Source of the DNA: Solirubrobacterales bacterium
Lineage (GTDB): Bacteria; Bacillota; Syntrophomonadia; Syntrophomonadales; DTU052
Length of the DNA stretch: 64,000 nucleotides
Direction: 5' to 3'
Assembly (NCBI GenBank): GCA_050258755.1
Contig: JBLMZI010000005.1
Coordinates: 79,534 to 143,533 of the forward strand
A program made the position numbers and the translations under genes. The notes under the pieces were generated by a model that was not told the origin of the DNA, did not search any database, and saw only the letters and a program-made list of their open reading frames with translations. Positions 44,162-53,815 of the stretch are shown here, one piece after another. Position 1 is the stretch's first letter. Each line of letters opens with the position of its first letter.

Positions 44162-45337
44162 CTACCTTATCGTAATCGATCCGGTTTCACAGGAGAGTTG
44201 AACCGGTATTCGCCCTGTTCCCAGGCGAAGGGTCTGTTTGGCTGGATCTGCACCTTCAGCGGCGACACGGTTTGGATTGGCCGTGCCTGGCTTGATACCG
44301 CCGCGGGCTGCCAGTCCGGGTGCGATCGTGATGCCGCCCGTTTCCGTGACTGCCGATATTGAACAGTTGTTCAGCCTGGCTGCTTCAAACCGGATGTCGC
44401 CGTTTTCGGCGGTTATGGAGCAGCCGTCGGTCAGATTCTGCGAATTGCTCAGACGAACCGAACCGGTTTGACTGGCAACCGAGATTGAACCCGACAGGTT
44501 GGTTAGCGACGTATCCCCGCTTTCCGTTTGGGTGCGGACCCGCCCCTCAATACCGTCTAAGGTCAGTGAGCCGCTGACCAGCTGCACATCCAGATCACCG
44601 CGTATCCCACTTGCCTTAACATCGCCGGAATCGCCGCGAAAGATGACTGGACCGGACAGATCGGTCAACTGTACCGAGCCGGAACCGCAGGTGAGATACA
44701 GCGGGTTTTTCGTACCGCGAATCGATAAATCGCCGCTGTCGAGGCTGAAATGGGTTTTTATCCCCGCGGGCAGGTAAATCGTAATCGCGGTATCCGTTTG
44801 TTCAAAACGGCTTCGGACCAGTTTCGGGTTTTCCGTTAGAAAGATCCGGCTGCCTTCCCGGTGCATTGTGACATAGGATGTCGGGTAACGGTACCGGCGA
44901 TTCGTATGGTACGTGATTTCTGCCTGCGCGCGGACGGTTTGGTCGGCGGCCGGGAGCACCGTCACCTGTCCGGCGGACAGGTCTATATCAAGATTGGTGA
45001 CACCCTGTGCTGATTCCTGCTGTCGGTCGATTTTTCGTTCATGGTATTTCCATCCCATCATGCCGGTTTCGTCAATCAACTGCCGGGATAGGGACCAGCC
45101 GCCGGCGAGCAGGATCCCGATAAAAAACACGATGACCAGGCCGTCCAGCTTGGGCGCTTCGTCGGGTTTAGCCGCGCGCCAGACGATGAGTTCCACCCCG
45201 AGACCGATCAATACCAGCGGCCACCATTGGAGCGGCTGTTTCAGCCACTGAATATCCGGGTAAAACTGGCCGGCGAACAGGGCCAGGCCAAGCGTCACCA
45301 GGCCTATGGCGGTGGTCAGGGTCCCGACTTTCTTCAT
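44162..45337 (-). CDS. DUF4097-type beta-strand repeat protein with N-terminal TM region (LiaG-like)
   Basis: N-terminal TMs, then repeated GDxxxxxxSGSV/L beta-solenoid-like units. Confidence 0.65.
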   Translation of the reverse strand: MKKVGTLTTAIGLVTLGLALFAGQFYPDIQWLKQPLQWWPLVLIGLGVELIVWRAAKPDEAPKLDGLVIVFFIGILLAGGWSLSRQLIDETGMMGWKYHERKIDRQQESAQGVTNLDIDLSAGQVTVLPAADQTVRAQAEITYHTNRRYRYPTSYVTMHREGSRIFLTENPKLVRSRFEQTDTAITIYLPAGIKTHFSLDSGDLSIRGTKNPLYLTCGSGSVQLTDLSGPVIFRGDSGDVKASGIRGDLDVQLVSGSLTLDGIEGRVRTQTESGDTSLTNLSGSISVASQTGSVRLSNSQNLTDGCSITAENGDIRFEAARLNNCSISAVTETGGITIAPGLAARGGIKPGTANPNRVAAEGADPAKQTLRLGTGRIPVQLSCETGSITIR

Positions 45338-45484
45338 GAGCCACCTCGATCCTGTACCGGAATGCCCTTAAAGCCGGTTGGGCCAGCCGGAGCATTCCGG
45401 TGCGTTTGTATTTAATGATATAGACGCCGCCTAACGGCGTCTGCCTTCAAGCGACGGGCATTTTTTTGACGGTAAAATATTACA

Positions 45485-45515
45485 GCGCAGAGTCCGGGAC
45501 TGCCGGACTCTGCGC
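45485..45515 (-). terminator. Putative terminator
   Basis: GCGCAGAGTCCGG ... CCGGACTCTGCGC stem. T-rich but interrupted tail. Confidence 0.45.
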
Positions 45516-45551
45516 CGCAAGGCATGTTTTTTGATTTCGCCGGACCTCTCG

Positions 45552-46190
45552 CTAGATCCAGTTCAGGAATCCTGCAAAAACAATCAGGCACAAGAGGTCG
45601 AATCCTAGGATCGTACCCACAGTAACGGCCTGTTTTTTGCGGCTTTCCATATCGTGTACCCAGAAGCTGACCGCAAAAAAGGGAAGATAGCCAATCAGGA
45701 AAATCAGCCAGGGATTGTGTGCGTTCCACCAGGGCCATTCCCAGGTGAGCGCACCGGCCTGGTTGAGGATGATTTCCACAATCACGGCGGCGATCGAATT
45801 GGCAACCGCCAGGACCCATCGATTCGGCAGCCCTAAGATTCTGGCCGATTTATCGGCTGGCAGCAAATGAGCGGCGGCGATTCCCATGACGGCGAACATG
45901 AATGTGATTTCCACGTTCAGCCCGATCAGGAGATTGAACGCGGTGCCGCCGCCGGGCGTTCCCCAGACCGGTGCATAGTTTGAGAAATGAAAGATAAGTC
46001 CGTTCCAGATTTCGTTGAATAGATCCATTCCCCAGAGTGCGAGGCCGGCGAAAACAATCGACCAGTTTTTGCGGCCGATTTCTACGCTATAGATGTAAAA
46101 GACGATGATGAAAAGCGGAATGACATACCAATGAAACTGGCTGGGATCACGCAGAATGGATAAAGCCTGCGCTGCGGACGGTGTGGGCAT
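45552..46190 (-). CDS. Hypothetical integral membrane protein (212 aa)
   Basis: About 6 hydrophobic segments. Downstream of the TetR gene, so a probable regulated partner. Confidence 0.6.
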   Translation of the reverse strand: MPTPSAAQALSILRDPSQFHWYVIPLFIIVFYIYSVEIGRKNWSIVFAGLALWGMDLFNEIWNGLIFHFSNYAPVWGTPGGGTAFNLLIGLNVEITFMFAVMGIAAAHLLPADKSARILGLPNRWVLAVANSIAAVIVEIILNQAGALTWEWPWWNAHNPWLIFLIGYLPFFAVSFWVHDMESRKKQAVTVGTILGFDLLCLIVFAGFLNWI

Positions 46191-46283
46191 ATAAAGGGTA
46201 CCTCCTTGCAGTCTGCTCTTCTCTTAGTTTCAAACGGCAAAGTGGGTTCGTCAAGAGAAAAATGAAAAAATGAACAAAACGTT

Positions 46284-46880
46284 CTAGAAATCAGTAGTCG
46301 GTTGGGCGAGCAGCCCATGGAGCGCCAGATCCAAAGCGCTTTCAAACAGAGCCTCGGCCGCACTTCCCTCGTTTTTCACATAAGCCCGGTGAACAAACAT
46401 GATGTAGACGGCATACATGAACTGCGTAAACTGCTCGACATCCACCGAGCGAAAACGGCCTTCGTCGATCCCGCGCTGCAGAATGTGGCGCAGTGCGTCC
46501 ATCGATTCACGGTTAATTTCGTAAAACGGGTCATCGCGCGGGTACAGCGGAAAGACCGCCGGGTCGTTGATCACGATCGCACGCATCTCGGGATCAACGG
46601 CCAGATACCGAATCGAGGCCCGGCTGATGTCAACAAACAGCTGAACCGGGTCGGCGGAAAAGTCCATCGCGGATAAAACATGCTTCTGCCACCGGCGCAG
46701 CCCGAAGGCTACCGCTTTTTCATATAGATTCCGTTTGTCACGGGCGTAAACGTAAAGATTGCCTTTGCTCATGTCGAGATCGGCAGCGATATCCTCTATG
46801 GTCGTTTTTTTATAGCCATAGCGGGCAAAGTTTTTGAGTGCGGCTGCCCAGACCCGCTCTTCGCGCGCGTCACGTTTCAT
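46284..46880 (-). CDS. TetR/AcrR family transcriptional regulator
   Basis: N-terminal HTH AALKNFARYGYKKTTIEDIAADLDMSKGNLYVYARDK. Confidence 0.85.
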   Translation of the reverse strand: MKRDAREERVWAAALKNFARYGYKKTTIEDIAADLDMSKGNLYVYARDKRNLYEKAVAFGLRRWQKHVLSAMDFSADPVQLFVDISRASIRYLAVDPEMRAIVINDPAVFPLYPRDDPFYEINRESMDALRHILQRGIDEGRFRSVDVEQFTQFMYAVYIMFVHRAYVKNEGSAAEALFESALDLALHGLLAQPTTDF

Positions 46881-47079
46881 GGTTTTCCCCCATTTTCAGC
46901 GTATGCAGATACCATTATAACCGATCCGCTTGCCAAATAGCAGGGCTCCCTGGTCGGTTTGCCCAAGGTTGGTTCCCAATTCCAGAAACCGCCGGGGTGC
47001 AGGAAAACCGCTAAAAAGGGCGAAATATTATGAATATAGGTGATGGTGATCATCGGTTTTCGAAAAGGGGTAAACAGGC

Positions 47080-49848
47080 ATGCAGTTTTTCAAACGCAGT
47101 CTGACAACCCGTTTGGTCGTGTCATTCTTGCTCCTTTCAGCGTTCACGGTGAGCGCGGCTGGGGGCATTGCCTATGCGCTTGCGCTCAAAGCGCTGAAGA
47201 ACAATATTTACGCCCGCCTGGAAGAAGCCTCCCAGCACAAGGTAGATGGCATCACGCAGTGGATCGGCGAGCAGCGGTCTCAGGTGGTTTTTATTTCCAG
47301 GATGGACGCGGTGAATGATCAAGCGCGGGTTTTAAACCGCGCTGCACCCGGCAGCGCCGAATACCGAAAGGCCGAACAGGGGCTGCGCAACCTCTTTGCG
47401 GCCGCAAACAGCAGCAACCCTTCTTTTTCCGAGGTCTTTTTACTTTCCGACATTGGGGGCAAAGTCCTTCTGTCCTCCAACCCAACCAATGAGGGGACAT
47501 ACCGGATCAACGACACGTATTATGTCATGGGACGGAAACGCACCTATGTCCAGCCGATCTATCCCTCACCGGTCACCCTGCAGCCGACTATGACCATCGC
47601 AACCCCATTAAGTGATGCCATGACCACCCCACAGAGTGAAGCCCGAGGGCAAATCCGGGGTGTTATCGCGGTACACCTGAATCTGCGGATCATGGACAAT
47701 CTGGTCTGGAGTCACTCCGGACTGGGCAATACCGGACGCGCATATCTGGTCGAAAGGAGTAATATCCTGCTGGACTTCGCCCCGACCGTATCGAACGCCT
47801 ACCGCCGGGGCGTGCATTCTCCGGCGATTGATGCCGCTACCCGGGGACAAAGCGGAAAAGGCGTTTACGTGAACCACCTGCAGCGGGAAGTCATCGGAAG
47901 TTACCGGTGGATTGAGGAAGCGGGCGTCGCACTCATCACGGAAATGGATACCGGCGAAGCACTCGGGCCGGCCCGGGATCTGGCGTGGGCCATCCTGTTA
48001 GCCGGGCTGTTTCTGGTTGGCCTGATGGCGGTCGGATTCATGATGATGTCCCGCCGAATTGCCGGACCGATTCTGGCTATCAAAGAAAGCGCGCTCCAGG
48101 TGGCGGCCGGAAACTGGGATGCCCAGGCGCCGGTTGTGTCCGAAGACGAGGTTGGCACCCTGGCCCGGGCTTTTAATCAGATGGTTCTCCAACTGAATCG
48201 ATACCAGGAGATCCTCAGCGCCAGTGAAGCTTATTTTCGGGCACTGATTGAAAACGGTTATGATATTACGCTGGTGATTAACTTGAACGGGAAGACGCAG
48301 TACTGCAGCCCGGCTGTGAAACGGGTGCTTGGTTATGACCCCGAGGAAATGCTGGAACGCTCGCCGCTGGAACTGGTTCACCCGGAGGATCGCGAACGAT
48401 TGGTGCACTCAATGACCCATCCGACGGAAGGAAACCGTTTTATTGAGTTCCGCATGCAGCATGCGGACGGGAGCTGGCGGGCGCTGGAAGGGGCCGGAAA
48501 CGCATTTGAGGCGGGCGGTGTGGTCGGATATGTGATTAACTCACGCGACATCACCATTCGAAAGCAGGCTTTATCGGCGTTGGCTGTTTCGGAAGAGAAG
48601 TTTTCCAAGGCGTTTCATTACGCGGCCGATATTGTCTGCGTGGTGCGCATGGAAGACCAGCATATTATTGAGGTCAGCGACGCTTTCTTTAATCTTCTGG
48701 GCTATCAGCCGGAAGAGGTGCTGAACCACTCGTCGGAAGAATTCCATCTCTGGGTCGACCCGGAACAGCGGCAGGCGATTTACGAGCAGCTTGGCCGCTA
48801 TGAGGCCATTCGGAATGTGGAAGCCCTGTGGCGGACGAAGAGCGGCATGGTACTCACCGGGGTGGTTTCCGCCGAACTCGTCGATATTGGGGACGAGCCG
48901 TGCCAGATCATTGCCTGGCATGATATCACGGAACAGAAGCAGGCTCAAGATGCCCTGCAGCAGGCCAACGATGAACTGGAAATGAAGGTTCAGCTCAGGA
49001 CCGAGGATCTGCTGGCGATGAATCAGGAGCTTCAGGCCATGAATGAAGAACTGATGAATACCCTGGAAACGCTCCGCAACACCCAGATGCAGCTGGTTCA
49101 ATCCGAGAAAATGGCAGCCCTTGGGAACTTAGTGGCCGGGGTTGCGCATGAAATCAACACCCCGGTTGGGATTGCCGTTACCGCGATCACCAACCTGGAA
49201 AAGCTGTCCGGTACGTTTCAGGACCGATACTCCACCAAAAACGCCACCCGGCAGGAATTGGAAAGCTTCCTGCGAGACTGCGAAACAGCGGTGTCCATTA
49301 TCAAGCCGAACCTGGAACGGTCTTCCCGGCTAATCCAGAGTTTCAAGCAGGTGTCAGTCGACCAATCCAATGAAACCAAGCGGGTTTTCAGGATGCGGGA
49401 ATATCTGGACGAAATCCTGACCAGCCTGCATCCGCTGCTTCGGAAAACGAGAATTTCGGTCAAGGTGGAGTCGGATGAGATCACCATTGATTCGTATCCG
49501 GGCGATTACGCGCAGATTATCACCAATCTGATCACCAATTCGCTGACCCATGCTTTTGATCTGGGGGCGGAAGGCATGATCAATATTGAGGTGCGGCAGT
49601 ATGGTCAGCGCATCCGGATCATCTATGCCGACAATGGCAGGGGAATGGTGCCGGAGGTGATGAACCGCATTTTTGAGCCGTTCTTCACCACCCGGCGCGG
49701 AACCGGCGGCACCGGCCTTGGCATGCACATCGTGTACAATCTGGTTACCCTGCGTCTGGGCGGATCCATTGACTGTGAAAGCCTGCCGGGGCAGGGAGCC
49801 AAGTTTATCATTTGGCTGCCGATTGAAGAGGAATTGGTTTCCGTTTAA
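47080..49848 (+). CDS. Membrane sensor histidine kinase (extracytoplasmic Cache-like domain, HAMP, two PAS, kinase core)
   Basis: Two TMs flank a ~270-aa loop. HAMP (EDEVGTLARAFNQM), PAS regions, H-box AGVAHEINTPVG, ATPase GGTGLGMHIV. Confidence 0.85.
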   Translation: MQFFKRSLTTRLVVSFLLLSAFTVSAAGGIAYALALKALKNNIYARLEEASQHKVDGITQWIGEQRSQVVFISRMDAVNDQARVLNRAAPGSAEYRKAEQGLRNLFAAANSSNPSFSEVFLLSDIGGKVLLSSNPTNEGTYRINDTYYVMGRKRTYVQPIYPSPVTLQPTMTIATPLSDAMTTPQSEARGQIRGVIAVHLNLRIMDNLVWSHSGLGNTGRAYLVERSNILLDFAPTVSNAYRRGVHSPAIDAATRGQSGKGVYVNHLQREVIGSYRWIEEAGVALITEMDTGEALGPARDLAWAILLAGLFLVGLMAVGFMMMSRRIAGPILAIKESALQVAAGNWDAQAPVVSEDEVGTLARAFNQMVLQLNRYQEILSASEAYFRALIENGYDITLVINLNGKTQYCSPAVKRVLGYDPEEMLERSPLELVHPEDRERLVHSMTHPTEGNRFIEFRMQHADGSWRALEGAGNAFEAGGVVGYVINSRDITIRKQALSALAVSEEKFSKAFHYAADIVCVVRMEDQHIIEVSDAFFNLLGYQPEEVLNHSSEEFHLWVDPEQRQAIYEQLGRYEAIRNVEALWRTKSGMVLTGVVSAELVDIGDEPCQIIAWHDITEQKQAQDALQQANDELEMKVQLRTEDLLAMNQELQAMNEELMNTLETLRNTQMQLVQSEKMAALGNLVAGVAHEINTPVGIAVTAITNLEKLSGTFQDRYSTKNATRQELESFLRDCETAVSIIKPNLERSSRLIQSFKQVSVDQSNETKRVFRMREYLDEILTSLHPLLRKTRISVKVESDEITIDSYPGDYAQIITNLITNSLTHAFDLGAEGMINIEVRQYGQRIRIIYADNGRGMVPEVMNRIFEPFFTTRRGTGGTGLGMHIVYNLVTLRLGGSIDCESLPGQGAKFIIWLPIEEELVSV

Positions 49849-50152
49849 ACCGGCAGGCTTTGAGCGGCCAGCCGGTCAAACACTTCTGTACAGCGCCTGC
49901 ACAGCCGAGATGGATCGGGACTCCCTTCGACCGGACTTAAACTCCAGAACTTGGCTGCCGGTTTGCACAGCGCATCGGCCGGCTGGCGGTGGAGCCGCCC
50001 GACCGAGAGCTGGTTTTCGGTAACAATGTGGATGTTGCCGCGCGGTTTTTCCTTTTCCCGGGGATGAAGCGCCCAAGCGTAATACATTCGGATCATTCCT
50101 TTTTTCGCTTAGTCTGTACGCGGCGAAACGGAAATAAACACGATTGCCGGCT

Positions 50153-52057
50153 TTATTCGAGCAGCGATCCCAGCAGCGATTCCGTCTGCGCGGGTTCCTC
50201 GATGATTGGTTCAAATATCAGCGTATTTTGGTTGAGCGACACTTTGCCCGCCGTACCAAGGAGCCGTTCGGCATCAGCCAGCGAGATCCAGAAACGGCCT
50301 TCCATCGGCACTGGTTCATTCTCCAACGATAGAACCTGATTGGCAGCATGGCCGGATCGTTCGCCGAGCCGGACCGAAAATAAACCGGTGAGTGTCAGCG
50401 TGCCTTTTGAATCAGTGCTCAGCTTGGAACCGAGCCGGCTGGCCAGATCGTCCAGCGGAATCCAGGGTAAGTCCTGCACGCTCAAACGGTCGATATTTCC
50501 ATACACCGTGTTATTGACCTGGATGGTCAGGGGACTGCTGATCCGTTTCGGGGCCGGGTCCACACACCAGGAGCGAACCGGTTTGCCCGGCCGGGCCGAT
50601 GCGACGAGGCCAGCCGGTGTTTTCACCAGAGTGCCGCCAACCAGTACATACTGAACGCCGATCGAAGGAATCACCGGTTTTTCCACCGTGGCGCGGTCCA
50701 GGATCGTATTCGGATTAAAAAGGGTCAGATCCGCATCGGCACCAAGCGCGATCCGACCTTTCAGCCGCATGGCGGGTGCGATGGTCTGCATGCGCACAGC
50801 CGGAAGATAGGAAACTTTGCGCAGGGCTTCGACCAGGGTCAGCGCTTTTCGTTCCCGGGAATAGTAGCCGAGCAGGCGGGCGTAGGTTCCCGAGCCGCGG
50901 GGGTGATTGTTCGAACGTGGTTCGATGATGGTATCCGAGCCGATCATCACCGTACGATCTGATAAGGCCCGCAGCAGATCGCTTTCCGGCATCGAATTAT
51001 TGGCGACCACCAAAATGTTGGGATTACGCCGATATTTTTTGAAGGTCGCCGGGGTCAGGGTTTCGTGCGTCCCGCCCAGCTGCAGATCCTGGTAATTCAG
51101 GCTGAACCGCTGCTGCCAGCCAGTATCAAAACGGGCCGAAGCCAGGTAGGTTGCCCAGGAAGTATACGGATACAGACAGCTGGTGACATCAAGCCCTTCC
51201 GCCCGGGCTTTCGCGATCCGGTCCAAGGCCTGATCCATCACCCGGGTCCCGCCGGTACTGTTAATATGCATGATATGAGTAGCGACCCCGGTCTGACGGG
51301 CATAACCGATAACCTCGTCCACACCCTCCAGGTTGGTTCCCGGGGCTTGATTGTCCGAGTAACGGGTATGGTAGAAGGCCGGGGCATTGAATTCCTTTGC
51401 GACTCGAAGCAGCGGCAGGATTTCCGGCCCGCGCACCCCGGGGAAGTACTCCGGGCTGAAAGAGACGCCAAGCGCGCCTTCCCGCAGATTCTGGCGCACC
51501 ATGTCAGCTTCGCGCGCGATTTGCTTGGGATCTGTCATGACCCGGTACCGGTTCCCGCCGATGATTTTGGCCCGCATTTTAATGGTAAAACTAGAGGCGC
51601 CGTAATTGATGCGGCATCCGTTGCGGGCCAGCCGGGCATACCAGGCTTTCGCGTTATCGGTTCCGCCATGCATCAGCAGATTACTGGTGACCCCATCCTG
51701 GATTTTCAACTTGATCCCAACTTCATTCGGTTCATAAGAAATAAGATCAATAAAACCGGGAGCGACCACCAAACCGGCAGCATCAATGCTTGCACGGCCG
51801 TGAATTTCCTCCCGCGTGATGCGGACGATCTTGCCCTGCGAAATGCCAAGGTTGCAGTGTTCCAGGGTTTGCTCAGTCGCCGGATCAATTACCGTGCCGT
51901 GCAGGATGACCAGCTCGTAAGTCGGCGACGGTTTGGGCGGTTTCGGGGGTGGAACATTTAATTCCCCGATGGTGGCCCGGGCCGGCAGAATCAGGCCTAT
52001 AGCCAATAGAACCGTTATGAAAACGGAAAACGGTCTGGTTTTTCTGCTGAAAAACAT
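50153..52057 (-). CDS. Secreted amidohydrolase-superfamily (D-aminoacylase-like) protein with C-terminal stalk-like domain
   Basis: Signal peptide. HGTVIDP...APGFID start of the amidohydrolase fold. The usual DxHxH reads DLISY. The C-terminal ~110 aa resemble copper-amine-oxidase-N stalk domains. Confidence 0.7.
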   Translation of the reverse strand: MFFSRKTRPFSVFITVLLAIGLILPARATIGELNVPPPKPPKPSPTYELVILHGTVIDPATEQTLEHCNLGISQGKIVRITREEIHGRASIDAAGLVVAPGFIDLISYEPNEVGIKLKIQDGVTSNLLMHGGTDNAKAWYARLARNGCRINYGASSFTIKMRAKIIGGNRYRVMTDPKQIAREADMVRQNLREGALGVSFSPEYFPGVRGPEILPLLRVAKEFNAPAFYHTRYSDNQAPGTNLEGVDEVIGYARQTGVATHIMHINSTGGTRVMDQALDRIAKARAEGLDVTSCLYPYTSWATYLASARFDTGWQQRFSLNYQDLQLGGTHETLTPATFKKYRRNPNILVVANNSMPESDLLRALSDRTVMIGSDTIIEPRSNNHPRGSGTYARLLGYYSRERKALTLVEALRKVSYLPAVRMQTIAPAMRLKGRIALGADADLTLFNPNTILDRATVEKPVIPSIGVQYVLVGGTLVKTPAGLVASARPGKPVRSWCVDPAPKRISSPLTIQVNNTVYGNIDRLSVQDLPWIPLDDLASRLGSKLSTDSKGTLTLTGLFSVRLGERSGHAANQVLSLENEPVPMEGRFWISLADAERLLGTAGKVSLNQNTLIFEPIIEEPAQTESLLGSLLE

Positions 52058-52274
52058 GGATATTCCCTCCAGGCGGCTTGTTCATCACAGCAACGAAATC
52101 GAAAACCGAATAATCCTACTTTTGTTCGCCAGAAAGGGAAATGAATCCTGCAAAGGTGACAGAATTCGAGGCCGACAAATTGGAGAAAACCTTCAAACTT
52201 TTCGCGACATGGTTCAGCGATCTCCCTGTATATATTGTGACAGGGCATTTTTTATAAAGGTGGGTGGCAGCGCA

Positions 52275-53732
52275 GTGGGTACAGATCTGACAGCACTGGC
52301 AATTGCGGCGATCACCGCAAGATGTTATCAGGTATCCGTCAAAGCTTTCGGGGCCAAAGGTGATGGCGTCACCGATGATACCGCAGCGATCCGCTCAGCA
52401 CTCAATTCGATTACGGGAAAGGCGGTTCTGGTCTTTCCACCGGGAAACTATCTGGTCACCGGCACGATACCCGTCAAAGGGGATGTGATCTATGATTTCT
52501 GTGGGTCAACCGTCCATTTTACCGGCTCGGGAAGCTGTTTTTCGTGCGTTTTCCCGGAAGGGAACCCCCAGAGTGCCTTTTTTCGGGATTTGACCCTGAC
52601 CATGACCGAGGGCAGCCAGAATCAAATTGGTTTCGACTTGTTCGCGTTCGGCGGCGGGCTTTTCGAAAATATTCAAATTCAAGGCGGGGCATATGGGATC
52701 AAGTCGGTCCATTCCTGGATGTGGACCGTCAACAATCTCCGGATCACAAACGCATCCTATGCCGGTATTTATCATCAAGGCGATCATGGCAGCGAATTCA
52801 ACTGGAATGATATTTACATTTCGATTCAGGCGTTTTCCGGGAAATATGGCATCGAAATCGAACGGACCACACCGGCGGACGTGGGCGGCTACTACTGGAA
52901 TAAGGTGCTGGTTGTGGTCAATTCCAATCATGGCGGGTCGCTGGAGCAAGGCATCCATATCCACAGCAGCGCGAGTGAGCGAACGCCGATTATTCTTGCC
53001 ATGCTGGACGGCGGCGCGGATGGACTTGGGCCGGAAGCGGCGGCGGTCGGGCATTTTGGGCTCAATCTGGTGAATGTAAGCGCCATTCGGGTCACGAATA
53101 GCTGGGTATCAACCATTCGACTCTCCAACACGGATACCACCATTTTCAGCGGAAGTTACGTTCCCTATGGCTTCTGGTTCAAAGGAACCGGGATTGTCAG
53201 CCGGGCGTTCATGGCGGCCAATGTGAACTGCGGGGAGGGAAGGGCGTTTTTCTTCGACGACGGAGCCGCCGTTGAAAACTTTTTCTACCAGAGCGTCTAT
53301 TGTCATCCAGCGATGTCTCTGAGTACGCACATGGAAAAGATCACAGCCGGGTATGACCCACAAGTGAATAAAATCTATACCGATCCAACCGTTGGTTCAG
53401 GTGCGCTTTGCATTGAAAACGCTGCCGATGCGGCTAAAAAGAAGTACTTTCGGCTTGATGCCTATGGCAGCCTGGTTACCCTGAACGCCGATTTTACGGC
53501 GGCCATTGCGGAATTGCGGGATTCCGGCATTTTAAACCTGCCGGTGAACACCTCGGCTTTGCTGATCGGGGGTACCCAGGTGGTTAAAAGCCGTATTGGC
53601 GGGTGGACCACCCCAACCGGCGCCTCCCGCCGAACCGGATATAACACGGCAGCGGCCACGGCCGCGCAGGTTGCGGAAACTTTACGGGCGCTGATCGAGG
53701 ACTTAAAAGCGCACGGCTTGATTGGGGATTGA
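52275..53732 (+). CDS. Right-handed beta-helix (pectate-lyase-3 / tailspike-like) protein
   Basis: YQVSVKAFGAKGDGVTDDTAAIRSALNS...LVFPPGNYLV is the Pectate_lyase_3 N-terminal signature. The ORF opens at 51933 but overlaps the convergent amidohydrolase gene. GTG 52275 (behind AAAGGTGGGTGG) or ATG 52209 are plausible starts. Confidence 0.65.
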   Translation: MGTDLTALAIAAITARCYQVSVKAFGAKGDGVTDDTAAIRSALNSITGKAVLVFPPGNYLVTGTIPVKGDVIYDFCGSTVHFTGSGSCFSCVFPEGNPQSAFFRDLTLTMTEGSQNQIGFDLFAFGGGLFENIQIQGGAYGIKSVHSWMWTVNNLRITNASYAGIYHQGDHGSEFNWNDIYISIQAFSGKYGIEIERTTPADVGGYYWNKVLVVVNSNHGGSLEQGIHIHSSASERTPIILAMLDGGADGLGPEAAAVGHFGLNLVNVSAIRVTNSWVSTIRLSNTDTTIFSGSYVPYGFWFKGTGIVSRAFMAANVNCGEGRAFFFDDGAAVENFFYQSVYCHPAMSLSTHMEKITAGYDPQVNKIYTDPTVGSGALCIENAADAAKKKYFRLDAYGSLVTLNADFTAAIAELRDSGILNLPVNTSALLIGGTQVVKSRIGGWTTPTGASRRTGYNTAAATAAQVAETLRALIEDLKAHGLIGD

Positions 53733-53741
53733 CCGAAAAAA

Positions 53742-53770
53742 GGGAAGGAGCCTTTTAAAGCTCCTTCCCG
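53742..53770. terminator. Terminator between convergent genes
   Basis: GGGAAGGAGC ... GCTCCTTCCC stem with an A-run on the + side, which is a T-run for the reverse-strand gene. Confidence 0.65.
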
Positions 53771-53815
53771 GGTCTAATACCTATTGTTTTCGGGCTAACG
53801 CAGGGTTTAGCCGGC

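Noticed and set aside
43587-45337. ECF sigma, anti-sigma and DUF4097 module, considered as something unusual.
   Set aside because: It has the standard envelope-stress operon architecture: LiaG-like beta-repeat protein, ECF sigma, single-pass anti-sigma and a membrane protein. Nothing atypical was seen.
49845-50152. 300-bp gap after the histidine kinase. It contains an 83-aa reverse-strand ORF (MIRMYYAWALHPREKEKPRGNIHIVTENQL...LCRRCTEVF) that might be a gene remnant or a small zinc-binding protein.
   Set aside because: There is no recognisable family and no clear RBS, and it overlaps the kinase stop. I cannot support it as a gene or a pseudogene without a database search.
51933-52274. N-terminal 114 residues of ORF 51933..53732.
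   Set aside because: This part overlaps the start of the convergent, well-supported amidohydrolase gene (to 52057) and then its promoter region. The beta-helix family signature begins only after about 52290.
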